A DNA stretch of 64,000 bases from Octopus vulgaris (GCA_951406725.2 OX597819.1:89156001-89220000), one strand, 5' to 3'. Counted from the first letter of the stretch, positions 11,306 to 24,181 are shown. Translations and numbers: made by a program. The notes: generated from the sequence alone by a model not told the origin.

Positions 11306-14118
11306 TATTATGCACATGTAATAATAGTAGTGAATGCAATTTCTTGAAATGAACTGTATTGCTTGCCTCCCACTTCGTGGTTGTTAACCACCTACTAAGA
11401 CATGGCATGAAACCCTGGCAGGAAGGAAGGGGGAGCACTGCTTTAGATAATTATCTCAGCTATTTAAAAAAAAAACAAGACTAACTAATGAATTCCAATA
11501 CATTTTTCTTAAATGGAATTAAAGAAAACGGTAATCAGACTATACTTTCACAAAACACCCCAAGGATCACACCAGGAAATATTAATCACTGAGCTGGTTT
11601 TCCTCTCTTCGTTTCAAATGAGCGTTATTAATTAACAGAAAATTGTTTTATCCGATCCATTAGGTATGTTAGCACTTAACTCTATTATTATTTTCCATAT
11701 AGATGGTGTCCCTAGGTAATTTTCTTCAGTCATTATGTGATGTTGTCATGACAACTTATGTATATTTTTTGTACATCTATGTATATTTTTTGTACTTGCC
11801 AGGCAAGTAGTGGAAAGACTAATGTTTTGCCAAAGCAGTCTACCAATACCAAAGCATATCCTTAATTGCAACTGAGCTTGGCAAAAATCAAATTAAAATC
11901 AATATTAATTCTCAAACCAACGTTTTCCTCCTCACAACATGCATAATGTTAATTTTAACTTAATTAAAAGTACAGAGTTGTTGCCCTTCTCTTTTGACTA
12001 GTTTTTATTAACATTAAGCCATTGAATTTTTATTTTCCTCCCCTCATAGCAACAGTAATTTTAATTGAAGAGTTTTCAGTTCACTACATCTTAAGTACAT
12101 TAGTACTCACTCACATAAGTTAAACTTTGTGAAATCTATTATTGCAACAACAATTCATTCTACAAAGAAAACTTAAGGATAGAATATTTCAAAATTCAAT
12201 AATCCTTTAGTCTTTGATGACAAATCTTTCTTCATTCAGATAGTTTCCATTAAAACCTTTTCATGACCATATTCCTATTCCTTCCATCCTATTAAAATAT
12301 CTACTCATTTAGTTTCTGAACCTTCATGGCAACCCCATTTGTGCTGGTACCATATTAAAAGAAAGGCACCCTGTACATTCTGTAAAGTGGCTGGTGAATC
12401 AAGCGATGACAACATAGAAACTAAGAGGACTCTTTTGCATTTCTGAGGGCAAGACAACTTCTATAGTACTGGTGCCACAAAAAAAAAATGCATCAAGTAG
12501 ACATGGCAAAATGACTGGTGTTAGGAAGGGTATCCAGACAATAGAATCATACCAAAACTAAGACACTAAAGCAAGATGTGAATCTCCAACTTTTCAAGCT
12601 GTGCAACAGATGTTATCATGAACAACAGATGTGATGATGATGATGATAATAATGATGATGATGGTGATGATGAAATACACCTACATGTTTGGCTACCTTT
12701 AAAATAGTGAACTACTTAGAGGGTTTGATAAAATAAATATTTTCGTTTATTCTTATATTAGGTTGGATGTTTAGAACATAAAAAATTATGATACACATTT
12801 CAATATTAAGATAAATACATTTAAAAAAAACAGCAATTTTGAATTAAAGAACCAGAGGCAGTTTCAGATATCTTTGAAAACTTTATAAAGTTGGTTGATA
12901 TTTTGAAAAAACTTTTTTTTTTAAATTTTGCTATGAATAAAAGAAAATGTTTTCCATCTTCAAAATTCCTTTAAACTTGTCTACTAGTTTTCATGTAAAT
13001 TCAGTGTTGTTCCAATAGCTTAAATTTACCCTGACAAGCAAGATGTACCTCAGTGCCAAATTTATTAGGTGAATGTGAACGATGAATAGTTTAGCCAGTT
13101 CCATCAAATATTCTTCTTTAGAATACTCAAGAAACAATGAATGGCAGAAAAATGGAACAGAACCAAAAACAACAAAAAAAATTGAAACATGATGTCTTGA
13201 ACAAAAAAAGCAAAATCATGATATGTAAGAAACTTCTTTCTTGTATTACTATTTTCACTATCACAAGTCTATACGATAAAAGAAAAGACAAAATAACAGA
13301 ATTCACTTTAAGAAGCAATTCTGATAATCTACATACATATAGGTTTCATCTATCTAAATTCAAAACTTACTTGATTATCGCAAAGCAATCCTTACTTCCT
13401 GATTTAATCTAAATGTTTTGGATTAACAGTTTCTGATATTCATCTACAATCAGATTACACTGTGTAACAAAATTTTAATTTTGTTTTCGTCTTTGGTCAG
13501 TAAGTGTTATTTCCTATTTGTTTCTATCTAGAAATCAAATGACATGACTACTATTCCCTTCAAACTTTGCTATTGTGACCTGGACATCAATGTTTTGAAA
13601 CTGACCTATTTTCCATTACATTTCAGACAGATTCAGTGCTGAGTTGCTGAAGCAGAAATAACATAACAAATATTCTGCTCAATGCCACAGATATGCTTGT
13701 CAGACAATATGTGCACATCTCTGATTATGAGCAGTTGTAGTGGGGAAGCATCATAGCCATGTGTTGAGAGGGATTCTTTGGGGTTTGAATAAATGTAACA
13801 AAAGCAAAATTTGAAGAAAATATTAGCTATTTTTCATACTTTCTAGCAGGTAAATAAATAGGAAATAATAGTTGCTAGCCAAGGACAAAAATCATGTTAC
13901 ACAATGTTATTGTTATGCTTGTTGTTACTTAGCCTAAAACCAGCACTGATCAAGCACACCTGTCTTCAAAGGTAATCCAATTGTGACCATCATGTACCTT
14001 TTTAAAAGTATCTCAGACTACACTATGTAATATATCCCATGCTGTATTTTAAGAGAGTAGGGTGTAGTGGGAAACAAGACTGCTTTTTTTTTTAAGCATG
14101 TCTATCAACCTTGTGAAG

Positions 14119-14467
14119 CAGTGTTTCTCAACCAGGGTCCATATGGCCCCTGAGGATTCATGTAAGATTTTTGGGGTCCATGCAACAAAATAGTAAATTG
14201 GGCATTCACAACAGTACTCTAGGGCTCCTGAAAAAATTTCGCTTTAAGATATATGTATTGGTATGCATTGCAAGAAACAGCCAGGTTTCACTAATATTTT
14301 TACATAGTTCAACCTATAAAAGTTAATATGTGAAAAACAAAACAGGAATTTTGAAAGAAGTATCTATAAAACTAATTTTTAAGCATAGAATGGGTAGGGG
14401 TGGTCCACTGGAATAAAATAGTAATCAAAGGGGTCCATAGATAAAAAAAATGGTTGAGAATCCCAGC
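14119..14467. mobile_element. hAT (Charlie-like) MITE inside a family H repeat
   Basis: Ends CAGTGTTTCTCAACC ... GGTTGAGAATCCCAG with internal GGGGTCCA repeats. The host repeat resumes at GAGGCTCCCTTG. Confidence 0.75.
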
Positions 14468-15723
14468 TGAAGAGGCTCCCTTGTTAATTTCATTACTGTT
14501 AAGAAAAATGAATAAAGTTTATAAACAACAGACAGACTGAAATAAACTGGACAATACAGTGAGTGCAACTGTCCAGACTTTCCCACTGCATGCTGGAGTG
14601 TGCAGTATGGCCCTTCAATCAAGAGGAGATATGATATGATTGGAAAAAGAGATCTGTGGGTGAAGCCTGGTTGTTCAGTAGAGGAGCCTTGTGGCAAACC
14701 CTGCTCACCACACAGGATTCCTCAACTGAAGCTGTCCTGGTATTATAAAACAGAAACAGCAGCTGAATATGTATTGTACCCTATTAGTATTTTATTTTAT
14801 TTTTCTCTCTCTCACTCCTCATCTCTCTTTCTCTCACCCCTTCTCTTTCTCTCTACTGCTCTATCTCACTCACTCTCTCTTTCTCTCTCTCTCTCACACT
14901 CACACACATTAATATTGAATTTGAATAGTTATAATGAAGAATCAGTTTAAATGATATTAGTAGAGAGCCAAAGCACTATATCACCAACTCAAGTAGAGTA
15001 AGTGGAGAGAGTACTGTACTTAAGGACATTTTATCAAATATTTGGAATTTTAAAAATACCATAATGAGAAAATTAAAATTAATTTGAAAATAACACATTA
15101 TGCAAAAAAAAAAAAAAAAAAGGGATGAAAATTCCTCAGAAAATTCCTTCTAGTCACAGCTGACACAGACAGCCAATCACTGCTCAATGTTATTGCATAC
15201 TCCCAGGTCAGTCTCATTTGAGCTAGCTTTCACCAAAGGCTTTCCAGCTATGACTGTTCCATCTTTTATTCAGGCATATTACATAATGTGGTTTGGCCTT
15301 GGGTGAACTCTTTACAACTCTGAAGGTGGTATGGTGTGATTTGAAGGGTATTTGACTCTTATTTTCTAGTCATTTTGTGTTAATTTCTGAGATTTCAAAG
15401 CTTAAAATGTCAACAGCTATTTAAGTGGACCATCTCCAAACTTAATTTAAAAGTGAAAAATTACATACTATCTCTCTGTAATCCTAGTTACAAAATAAAT
15501 CTTTGATTCAATAGATATTCAAAATCTAATTTTTCTTAAAATTCATCTACATTATTCCAGGTTTAAACCACTATGCAATTCCTCAGGCAAGTGTCTTCTA
15601 CCCATAGCCTTGGGGAACAAAGGCCTTGTGAATGATTTACATTTAAAATAATTACTATATACATGTTACTGTATTGTACATAACAGAAATTAGATAGACC
15701 ATTTCAACAAAATCAGTTATCAA

Positions 15724-15920
15724 CCCTTTAGAATTTAAATCAGGCATATCCGGCCAAAATATTCTCCTGTTTTATATTCAAATTGGCCAGATCCAGCCTC
15801 TCAGACCTATCCTACAATGTTAATCTAAAATTTTCAGGCTACAAGATAATGCAGGATAAATTCAAAACAATGTGAATAATTAATTGTTATATTTGATAGA
15901 CTAATCTGAATGCTGAAGGG
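15724..15920. mobile_element. piggyBac-type MITE, family P1
   Basis: CCCTTTAG ... CTGAAGGG followed by TTAA. Homologous to 18134-18352 and 49011-49231. Confidence 0.85.
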
Positions 15921-15949
15921 TTAAGCAAATCTTAATTTCAAGCAAAATA

Positions 15950-16121
15950 CAGGGTGTCTATAAATTACCTTTATAATAACTCAGAAGAGTTTATTGGAAA
16001 ACATAGGCAAACAAAGTTTTATTGAAAACACCAGTACACTTCTATGTGGGCTCCATTGGTTGCATGCAACACATCTAGATGATAATCTGTTGAAATTGTA
16101 AAGATAATTTATGAACACCTA
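15950..16121. mobile_element. Tc1/mariner-type MITE
   Basis: TA-flanked, TIRs CAGGGTGTCTATAAATTACCTTTATAAT / ATTGTAAAGATAATTTATGAACACCTA. Confidence 0.75.
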
Positions 16122-16217
16122 TACAGACAGTATATACTTATGAAGTTGGCAAGATCAATAAGATAAAGTATCAGTCAAGTACTGGATTTAATTTAATACT
16201 CCTATACAAGTATTCTA

Positions 16218-16520
16218 GTGGAGGCACATGGCCTAGTGGTTAGAGCAGCGGACTTGCAGTCGAGGGATCACGGGTTCGAATCTCAGACTGGGCGATGAGT
16301 GTGTTTATGAGCAAAACACCTAAGCTCCATGCGGATCCGGCAGAAGGTAATGGCAAACTTCTGCTGACTCTTTTGCCACAACTTTCTCTAACTCTTTCCC
16401 CCTGCATCTTGCAGCTCACCTGCGACAGACTGGCGTCCCATCCAGGTGGGGAACCTATACGCCAAGGAAACTGGGAAACCAGCCCTTATGAGCCAGGCGT
16501 GGCTCATGAAGGAACAAAGA
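16218..16520 (+). mobile_element. tRNA-derived SINE, family F
   Basis: A box TGGCCTAGTGG, B box GGGTTCGAATCTC, 3' CCTGCGACAGACTGGCGTCCCATCCAGG. Perfect 14-bp TSD ATACAAGTATTCTA at 16204-16217 and 16521-16534. Confidence 0.92.
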
Positions 16521-16555
16521 ATACAAGTATTCTATATGTGAATGGAATTATAATA

Positions 16556-16635
16556 GAAAACCACCTGCAATTACAGGGATGAAAACTACCTGCAATTACA
16601 GGGATGAAAACTACCTGCAATTACAGGGATGAAAA
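16556..16635. repeat. 25-bp tandem repeat, 3 copies
   Basis: (GAAAACTACCTGCAATTACAGGGAT)x3 with one substitution. Confidence 0.95.
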
Positions 16636-17514
16636 GTTTGCTTCCCAACCACATGGCTGTGGGTTCTGTCCCACCGTATGCACTTTGGATATATATTTCT
16701 TGCTACAGCCTTGAACTGGCCAATGCCTTGTGAGTGTATTTAATAAACAACTATTCAATGATAACAGTAATTGCGGATCTAACATATTTCAACAGAAGAT
16801 TTCAGTGTAAAACTAATTTAAACACTAAACAATGTTATTTGAGATAAGCCAACAAGGGAACCTTCACACAGTCAATCGGCCTGCTAGAACTTGCAGCCAA
16901 ATCTCTCTCAACTCACACTCTTTCCTTCTAAAAGTACACATAAGGTAATGAAGTCCTATTATATGTGCATGTAGTACTATTTTATATATTATCAAACATA
17001 AATGGGTTGGTCATAACTGGAATGCCTTTGATCCTAGGTTTGATCAACCAGAAATAACCTGGGGTTATATGGCAATAGATTTAAGATTCAAAGTTTAAAG
17101 GTCTGTGTTTTAAATCTGATAAGATATCAGATTGTATGGATTAGTAACTGTAAAATGTATCTTACTGCAGTAGAGCAATCTTGTCAAGAGAGGAATTTAA
17201 TTGGACATGGAAGAAAGAAGAAAAAATGCTAGATGATCTAGCTAAACAAAAAATAAAAAATAAGAGGAAGTATCAAAAAAAAAGTGGAAACAAAACAGCC
17301 TATTATTAAGTGACCAACAGGTGCATTGAGGAAACCCTGAGGGAACCCACAGCTGGTGAATAAACAACCTAGCAATGTGTAGAGTTTGTGGAGGAAATTG
17401 GGGTGAAGGATTGTAAAGAAGATAAAAAAAAAAGGAATAGAAGAGTCATAATAGAAATCAATAAAAAAAAAAGGAGAGAGAGAAATCAGTCAATGAATTA
17501 AAGATTACATGTTA

Positions 17515-17845
17515 TCTTTTTCTGTTACAATGTTCCAGTCTTTGGATTGCGACCATACTGGAGCACCACCTTGAGTTTTAGTTAAACAAATCACCCCCAA
17601 TACTGTTTTAAAGTTTGATATTTATTTTAATGGTCTCCTTTGCCTAACTGCTAAGTTACAGAGGCATTAACCAACACCGTTTGTCAAGTAGTGGAGTAGG
17701 GGACAAACACAGACACACATTTATATATATCCACACACACAACAGGCTTCTACAGTTTCCATTTACCAAATTCACTCACAAGGCATTTATTCGCCGAGGG
17801 CTATAGTAGAAGACACCTTCTCAAGACAGTGGGACTGCAGCCGAG
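17515..17845 (-). mobile_element. CORE-type SINE, family C (decayed)
   Basis: CCATACTGGAGCACCACCTTG ... TTCACTCACAAGGC ... GCTATAGTAGAAGACAC. Confidence 0.75.
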
Positions 17846-18133
17846 AAGTTCATAAATAATTCAGAAATCTTCCAAAACAAAAAAAAAAGTGATCAGAGTT
17901 AAAGCATCACCAGTGTTGGATACAAAAGTGAATTCTAGTTGTGTTGATATTGCAGTAAACTAATGAGCAACAAAACTTTTCCAAGTTTTTAACATGCTTT
18001 TAGCAGAACATTTTGTAACAACCTACTCAGAGGTAGTTTCAGAAATTAACATTCTGGTTGGTACAAGTCAATAACAGAAAGCACATCAGTCAACAACAAA
18101 AAGTAGAAATCACAGGAGTTAAAACGTTTTTAA

Positions 18134-18352
18134 CCCTTTAGCATTCAGATTACTCTGCCAAATATAATGCTTGTTTATTAACATTGCTTTGAATTATTCA
18201 TGCATTATCTTGTAGCTTTGAGATTACAATGATGTCATTGTTTATTTCTAGAATGACATTGTAGGTTAAGTGTGAGAGGCTGAATCTGGTCAGTTTGAAC
18301 ATAAAACAGATCAAATATTTGGGCTGAATACGGCTGGATTAAATGATAATGA
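18134..18352. mobile_element. piggyBac-type MITE, family P1
   Basis: TTAA|CCCTTTAGCATTCAGATT. Opposite orientation to 15724 and 49011; right end decayed. Confidence 0.8.
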
Positions 18353-19331
18353 TTTACATTAATAGTTAAGTTAGTGTTAATGTATCTAATGAGGAAGAAT
18401 TAAAAAGTGAATTAGAAATAATTATGCAACAAAGAAAAGAATATTGATCAACAATTTATTATTTTAAATCCTATTGTGACCTCTTCAGCAAAGAAAAGAA
18501 TCCACCACATCTGCCAAAGTAGTGATAAAAGAATTCTGAAATAAATGTACAAGATTGTACATTAGATGACATAGCAAAACAGAATTATTTAGAGAATAAT
18601 GTTTTGATTTTTACCCAGAAGTCATTCTGAATTTGCTGTATAATTGCTGTGCAAAGGTGATATAATTAGGAAGAACAACTATGGTGAGAGTACTGCTCCA
18701 AGTCAGAATGGGTTGTGAAAGTAACTGAATAATAGAATGGCTTGTTTAATCAGTCAAAATTTCTGAGCAATCTTACATTCGTTTGCTTGCTTCAGCCATT
18801 GAACTGCAGCCAAGCTGAGACACTACGTAAAACCGTTGCTTAACAACCAGTGTTAGTTTGTTTACATCCTGGTAGAATAAGAATCAAACTTTAAAACAAA
18901 ACAAGCACTGGGTCAATTTATTCAACTAAACCCTTTCAAGGCAGTACCCCAGAATGGCTGCAGTCCAAAGACTGAAACAAGTAAAAAAAAAAAATAAAAA
19001 TAAAAGATACAATTTACTAACTGCAGAAACAGAAGATATAAATCAATGAAACAGTAATGACACTGTGTGATGTTTATAATTTTTTCTGAGACATTAATGA
19101 GATAAGTAATGTAAAATGTCTACAATTGAGAATTGAATCCAAATCATGTGCATAGATCAATAAAAAAAATCCCTCTATAATGTAAATTAAGCATATGGAC
19201 AGAATACATGAGAGATTCTGTGAGATATATGATATTCTAAAGAGCTTTAGCTAAAATAACCATCAAGCAACATACTCTAGAAAAGCTTAAGACCTGTTCT
19301 ATATTCTATATTCAACTGTTCATATGCCCAT

Positions 19332-19575
19332 GGGCATATGGTGTAGTGTAAGAGCGCGGGCTACTAATCTCAAGATCCTGAGTTCGATTCCAAGCAGTGA
19401 CCTGAACAATAATAATAATAATAACAACAAAAAATACCTCAGGAATGAGAACCCAGGTTCAAAATTTCCCCAAGACACCTGATGAAGTCTGGAGGGTATA
19501 TCAGCCGAAACATTGTGTTTAACAACAAACATGATGAGGACAAATATCCGTCAAATGTAAATAATGAACATAATT
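19332..19575 (+). mobile_element. tRNA-headed retroposon with a hammerhead-ribozyme-containing (Penelope-like) tail
   Basis: tRNA-like head at 19332-19403 (A box TGGTGTAGTG, B box GAGTTCGATTCC), an (AAT)n linker, then the hammerhead motif at 19473-19520. The 3' boundary is approximate. Confidence 0.65.
19473..19520 (+). ncRNA. Minimal type I hammerhead ribozyme motif (decayed)
   Basis: Stem I AGACAC/GTGTTT (6 bp including one G-U), core CTGATGA-A, stem II GTCTGG/TCAGCC (5 of 6 paired), GAAA, then CATT. CATT is probably CGTT after CpG decay, which would give palindromic ACGT for stem III. Confidence 0.7.
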
Positions 19576-19589
19576 CCTCATCTCTTAAA

Positions 19590-20062
19590 CTGTGGTACTT
19601 ATTTTATTGACCCCGAAATGACAGAGGTCAAAGTCAACCTCAGCAGAATTTGAAGTCAGAACATAAAGATATGAAATACTGCTAAGTATTTTCTCTTCTG
19701 TACTAACAATTCTGCCAGTTCACTGCCAATAATAATAATAATCCTTTCTACTAAAGGCACAAGGCCTGAAATTTGGGGGAGGAGAACTAGTCGATTACAT
19801 CAACTCCAGTGCATAACTGGTATTTATTTCATCGACCCTGAAAGGATTAAAGGCAAAGAAGTCAACCACGGTGGAATTTGAACCCAGAACATAAAGACGG
19901 ATGAAATGGTGCCAAACATTTTATTTGCTGTGCTAACAATTCTGCCAGCTTGCTACTAACAATAATATGCCTTTCTACTATAGGCACGAGGCCTGAAATT
20001 TGGAAGAGGGGGTAGTCAATTACATCGACCTCAGTACTCAACTGGTACTTATTCTATTGACT
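19590..20062 (-). mobile_element. Three head-to-tail SINE family A copies
   Basis: Repeated units of CTTTCTACTA.AGGCAC.AGGCCTGAAATTTGG ... TGGTA.TTATT ... TTCTGCCAG, separated by (AAT)n. Confidence 0.85.
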
Positions 20063-20275
20063 CCATAAATAGAGAACGTACTCCAAAATCCTTGTCTGGT
20101 ACTAGATCGATCCCAAAATCTAATCAGTTCATGCCAGTCATGAGGCCAAACATCCCTGAAAGTTTCATCCAAATCCATCCAGCAGTTCTTGAGATATTTT
20201 GTCCACAGGCAAACAAACAAACAAACAAACATGACTGAAAACAATACTTCTGCCTTCGCTAAGGCAGAGGTAATA
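20063..20275 (+). mobile_element. Non-autonomous Helitron/Helentron-associated element (HINE/DINE-like), 3' part
   Basis: AAGTTTCATCCAAATCCATCCAG, a (CAAA)n microsatellite, then the subterminal hairpin TACTTCTGCCTT-cgct-AAGGCAGAGGTA at 20245-20272. Confidence 0.75.
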
Positions 20276-21319
20276 ATACATATAAAACAAAAGAGGATGG
20301 AGAAGATATCCATATCATGACTGAGAGGAATCAAGTTAAAGAGAAAAGATAAAAACACGAACATTATAAACTTGTTGCAGATTGGTTAGCACCTACAATA
20401 AAAAGCGAAGTTGAAAAAATAAGAAGAAATGATAATTAGAGTCAGTATTTATAAGCTTGGAAGATGAGTGTAGGCAAATAAACTTATAAGTAAAAGTACA
20501 TGTATTATTACATTTGTTTCTTTCTCTCTCTCTCTGGCAAGCACATCTACACATGCACATGTGTCTGTGGGTGGTAAAAAGGGCTAGCGTTCAAGCATCA
20601 AGACTAAATGCCTTAAATATTTAGTTTCATGCCCCTTCCTATAACAAAATTAGCATCAGTTATACAGTGAGATTATATAATCAAACACACCCTGCTTCAA
20701 GGCAACTGAAACCAAATACATTTGTACAGGAATACAAACAGGGATGTTTGAATAAGACCATCGCAACGTAACCATGTGCTTCCGGGTTCATTCCTACTGT
20801 GCAGCACATTGGACAAGTGTCTTCTAATATGCATATAGACCATGTGGAATTTAGTAATTGGAAACTATCCAGAAACCTGTCATTGATGGATGGATGGACA
20901 GATTCATGTATGTGTTTCACAAAACACCACCACTTGAATCAATATGGCAACTTATCCATTTAATAAAATATAGGAATATGGAATGATAAAATATGAACCA
21001 GAGTGAATGAAGAGCTGGGAACACTAAATCATCATAAAACACCTAAAGATAGTGCTCCAATATGGTCATAGATCAATGACTTAAACCAGTACAAAAAAGT
21101 ATATGTTGGTGACATAGGCAGTATTAATAATGAGAGGTGAAATTATCCTCTTTTAAACAAGGATATCCTGTCAGAATAGAATATACTCTGACAGATATAC
21201 TATGAAAGAAACTCTTAGTGCAAAATGCACTCGGTTCCACATTGAAGTGGGGATAAATATTAGACCAGTAAAAGTACATACAAGTATGTGAATGTATGCA
21301 TGTGCATACATCCTTCATA

Positions 21320-21535
21320 CCTGACTCAGAGAAATATCCAGGGTGTGATTACATGAGCTCTTCACCACTGAAGGAGTGGACTTTGACAGCTCAGAGTCAT
21401 GAACAGCTGAGAAAAGTCATTGATGGAAAGTGCTCCATATGGAATGAAGGGCCTTAAGTAAAGTAAGTGACTTAATACTGGTAAAGCCCTCGTTGCTTCC
21501 AGGAGTAACACCCTGGATATTACATAGGATCAAGG
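21320..21535. mobile_element. Unclassified MITE-like element
   Basis: Inverted repeat core AATATCCAGGGTGT / ACACCCTGGATATT with imperfect extensions on both sides. Confidence 0.5.
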
Positions 21536-21619
21536 ATAGATGACAAAGAGAATATTTATGGCTACTTGTGAAGGTGCATGGCTCAGTGGTTAGAGCATCG
21601 AACTTGTGTAGGTAGAACT

Positions 21620-21976
21620 ATTCTTTATTCTAGTTTCAGTAATTAGACTGTGGCCATGCTGGAGCACTGCTTTGAAGGGGCTTTTTGGTTAAACAAATCA
21701 ACCCCCTCCCCACCAGAGTTTATTTTTATTTATTCCTTTTGCTGAACCACTAAGTTATGGGTCGTAAACACGACATTGGTTGTCAAGCGACGGTGGGAGT
21801 ACAAACAAACACACATATATATTATATAACAGGCTTCTTTCTACCAAATCCTCTCACAAAGCTTTGGTTGGACTGAGACTATAGCAAAAGACGCCCAAGG
21901 AGCAGTGCAGTGGGACTGAACCCGGAACCATGAGGTTGGGAAGCAAGCTTCGTACCACACAGCCACGCCTGCGCCT
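21620..21976 (-). mobile_element. CORE-type SINE, family C
   Basis: Reverse-strand head GCGCAGGCGTGGCTGTGTGGTACGAAGCTTGCTTCCCAACC ... GGGTTCAGTCCC; tail GTGCTCCAGCATGGCCACAGTC. Confidence 0.85.
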
Positions 21977-22741
21977 AAAATGTTAAATGTAAGAGAAAGA
22001 AATCTAGCTGTTTCTTGCAATACATACCAATACATATACCTAAAGTAATTTTGTTTTTTTTTCAGAGGCCTTTAAAATACTATTGAAGATCCCCAACTTA
22101 CTATGGAGCCCAGTTGAAAACCATAGCCCTGACTTATTTCTAATCAGTTTTTGAACATTCTCAATGAACAAAGAATATTTCGTTTACATGAATTAAGATG
22201 AGACTTGTGAAGAAGATGTCTATCACACAAACACATACACACCCACACATTATACGCACACCCACAAATATGATATGATTATACTTTTCTCACTAAGTGG
22301 AGGTAATAATAATAATAATAATAACAACAGCTCTATCTTTACTATCAAATTACTTTCATACATAAAATCAACAGAGAGAATGTTTACACATGATCAAATA
22401 AAAAAACTGGGATGTTTTTCCTATTTTACCAAAAGAAATAGGATTCCAGCTGACAACACATTGGTGAGATGATCAGTGTATGAAGGCAATGGGGGACTAG
22501 CAGAATCAGGAATAAGTCATTTTTTTTTTTTCACAGACATTTTAAAAACTTCTTCGTGTGTGTGTGTGTGTGTGTGTGCAAGCAGCATAGAGTGGCATGA
22601 AAGTTTGGCATAAATTTTTTGTTTTTAATTCCATTCAACAAGGTGCGTGCTTACATGTTAGCGTATGTATACATATACTAAATACTAACATGAACACAAA
22701 TTTTATAGCCATATATACAATTTATATATATATATATAAAA

Positions 22742-22981
22742 ACATAAAAACACCATCCGAGCGTGGCCGTCTGCCAGCCTCGTCTGGCACCTGTGTCGGT
22801 GGCACATAAAATCACCCACTACACTCTCGCAGTGGTTGGCGTTAGGAAGGGCATCCAGCTGTAGAAACACTGCCAGATCTGACTGGCCTGGTGCAGCCTT
22901 CGGGCTTGCCAGACCCCAGTGGAACCGTCCAACCCATGCTAGCATGGAAAGCGGACGGTAAACGATGATGATGATGATGAT
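22742..22981 (+). mobile_element. Family B retroposon
   Basis: GGTTGGCGTTAGGAAGGGCATCCAGCTGTAGAAAC ... GCATGGAAAGCGGACGGTAAAC(GAT)n. Confidence 0.9.
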
Positions 22982-23409
22982 ATATATATGCACAATTATT
23001 AGCATCATATGGTCCTACATTTGATCCCATTGCAGTGCCTTCTACTTTTCTACTATAGCTTCCAACTGATCAATGGCTTATGATTGGCATTTAGTAGACA
23101 GAAGCAGTGCAAAAGTCTATCAACTGTGTATGTGAGAGTGTTTGACGGCTATTTATATTACATCCAATAACTTACCAGTTCACTAACAACATCTAAAGTA
23201 AGTAGTAGACTGATATAAATACTGTGGTCACTAGTAATACCTCAAGATCACAGTCTAGTATCATATATATATATATATATATATGGATGGGTGGATAAAT
23301 AGAGAGATAGACAGAAAGACAGACAAAAAGAGAGATCTACATCATCATTGATTTAGGGTTCACTTTTCCACGAACAACTTTCATCTGCTTCAAGGCAAGG
23401 CAATATTTC

Positions 23410-23627
23410 TTATTTCTATTTTGCTCACAAGGGGCTAAACATTGAGGGGACAAACAAGGACAGACAGATTACATCGACCCCAGTGCGTAACTGGTACTTA
23501 TTTAATCGACCCCAAAAGGATGAAAGGCTAAGTCGACCTCGGTGGAATTTGAACTCAGAACGTAGCGGCAGACGAAATACCGCTAAGCATTTTATCTGGC
23601 GTACAAACCTTCTGCCAGCTCACCGCC
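23410..23627 (-). mobile_element. SINE family A
   Basis: Family A sequence flanked by duplicated GGCAATATTTCT. Confidence 0.9.
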
Positions 23628-23989
23628 TGGCAATATTTCTGCTGAGACCTTTACACATGAACAGCTCAATATCCCGGTCATATTTTCATGGAATATCATA
23701 AACAAACCACTGCTTTCATATGAACAGTGAATATTTACAATCAGAATGTAATGTCAAGACAAAAAGACATTGAACAGACACTCATGCATTCATAACACAC
23801 TTATATGATGAGCTACTTTCAGTTTCTATCAATCAAATTAACCCACAAGACTCTAGCCAGCTCAATGTCATAGTAGAAAAGAACCTTGCCCAAGATGTTG
23901 TACAGTTGGACTAAACCTGAAACTACATGGTAGTGAACTGAACTTCTTAAACACATGGTATACATACACATGTATGTATGTCAGTGTTT

Positions 23990-24181
23990 CTGCAACTTGA
24001 CAACCGGTGCTGGTTTGTTTACGTCCTCGTGACTTAAGGGCCGTAAACAAAAGAGAACTGATAGAATAAGTACCAAACTTTAAAAAAACAAAAGTAAAGT
24101 GCGGGGATGGGGGTCGACTTATTCGACTAAAACTCTCTTCAAAGCAGTGCCGCAGTCCAATGACTGAAACAAGTAAAAGAG
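23990..24181 (+). mobile_element. SINE family C, 3' half
   Basis: CTTGACAACCGGTGCTGGTTTGTTTACGTCC ... GCAGTCCAATGACTGAAACAAGTAAAAGA. Confidence 0.8.

Noticed and set aside
16218-16295. Functional tRNA genes at SINE heads (also 7303, 19332, 40340, 55479)
   Set aside because: Acceptor stems do not close and each head runs into a retroposon body, some with TSDs.
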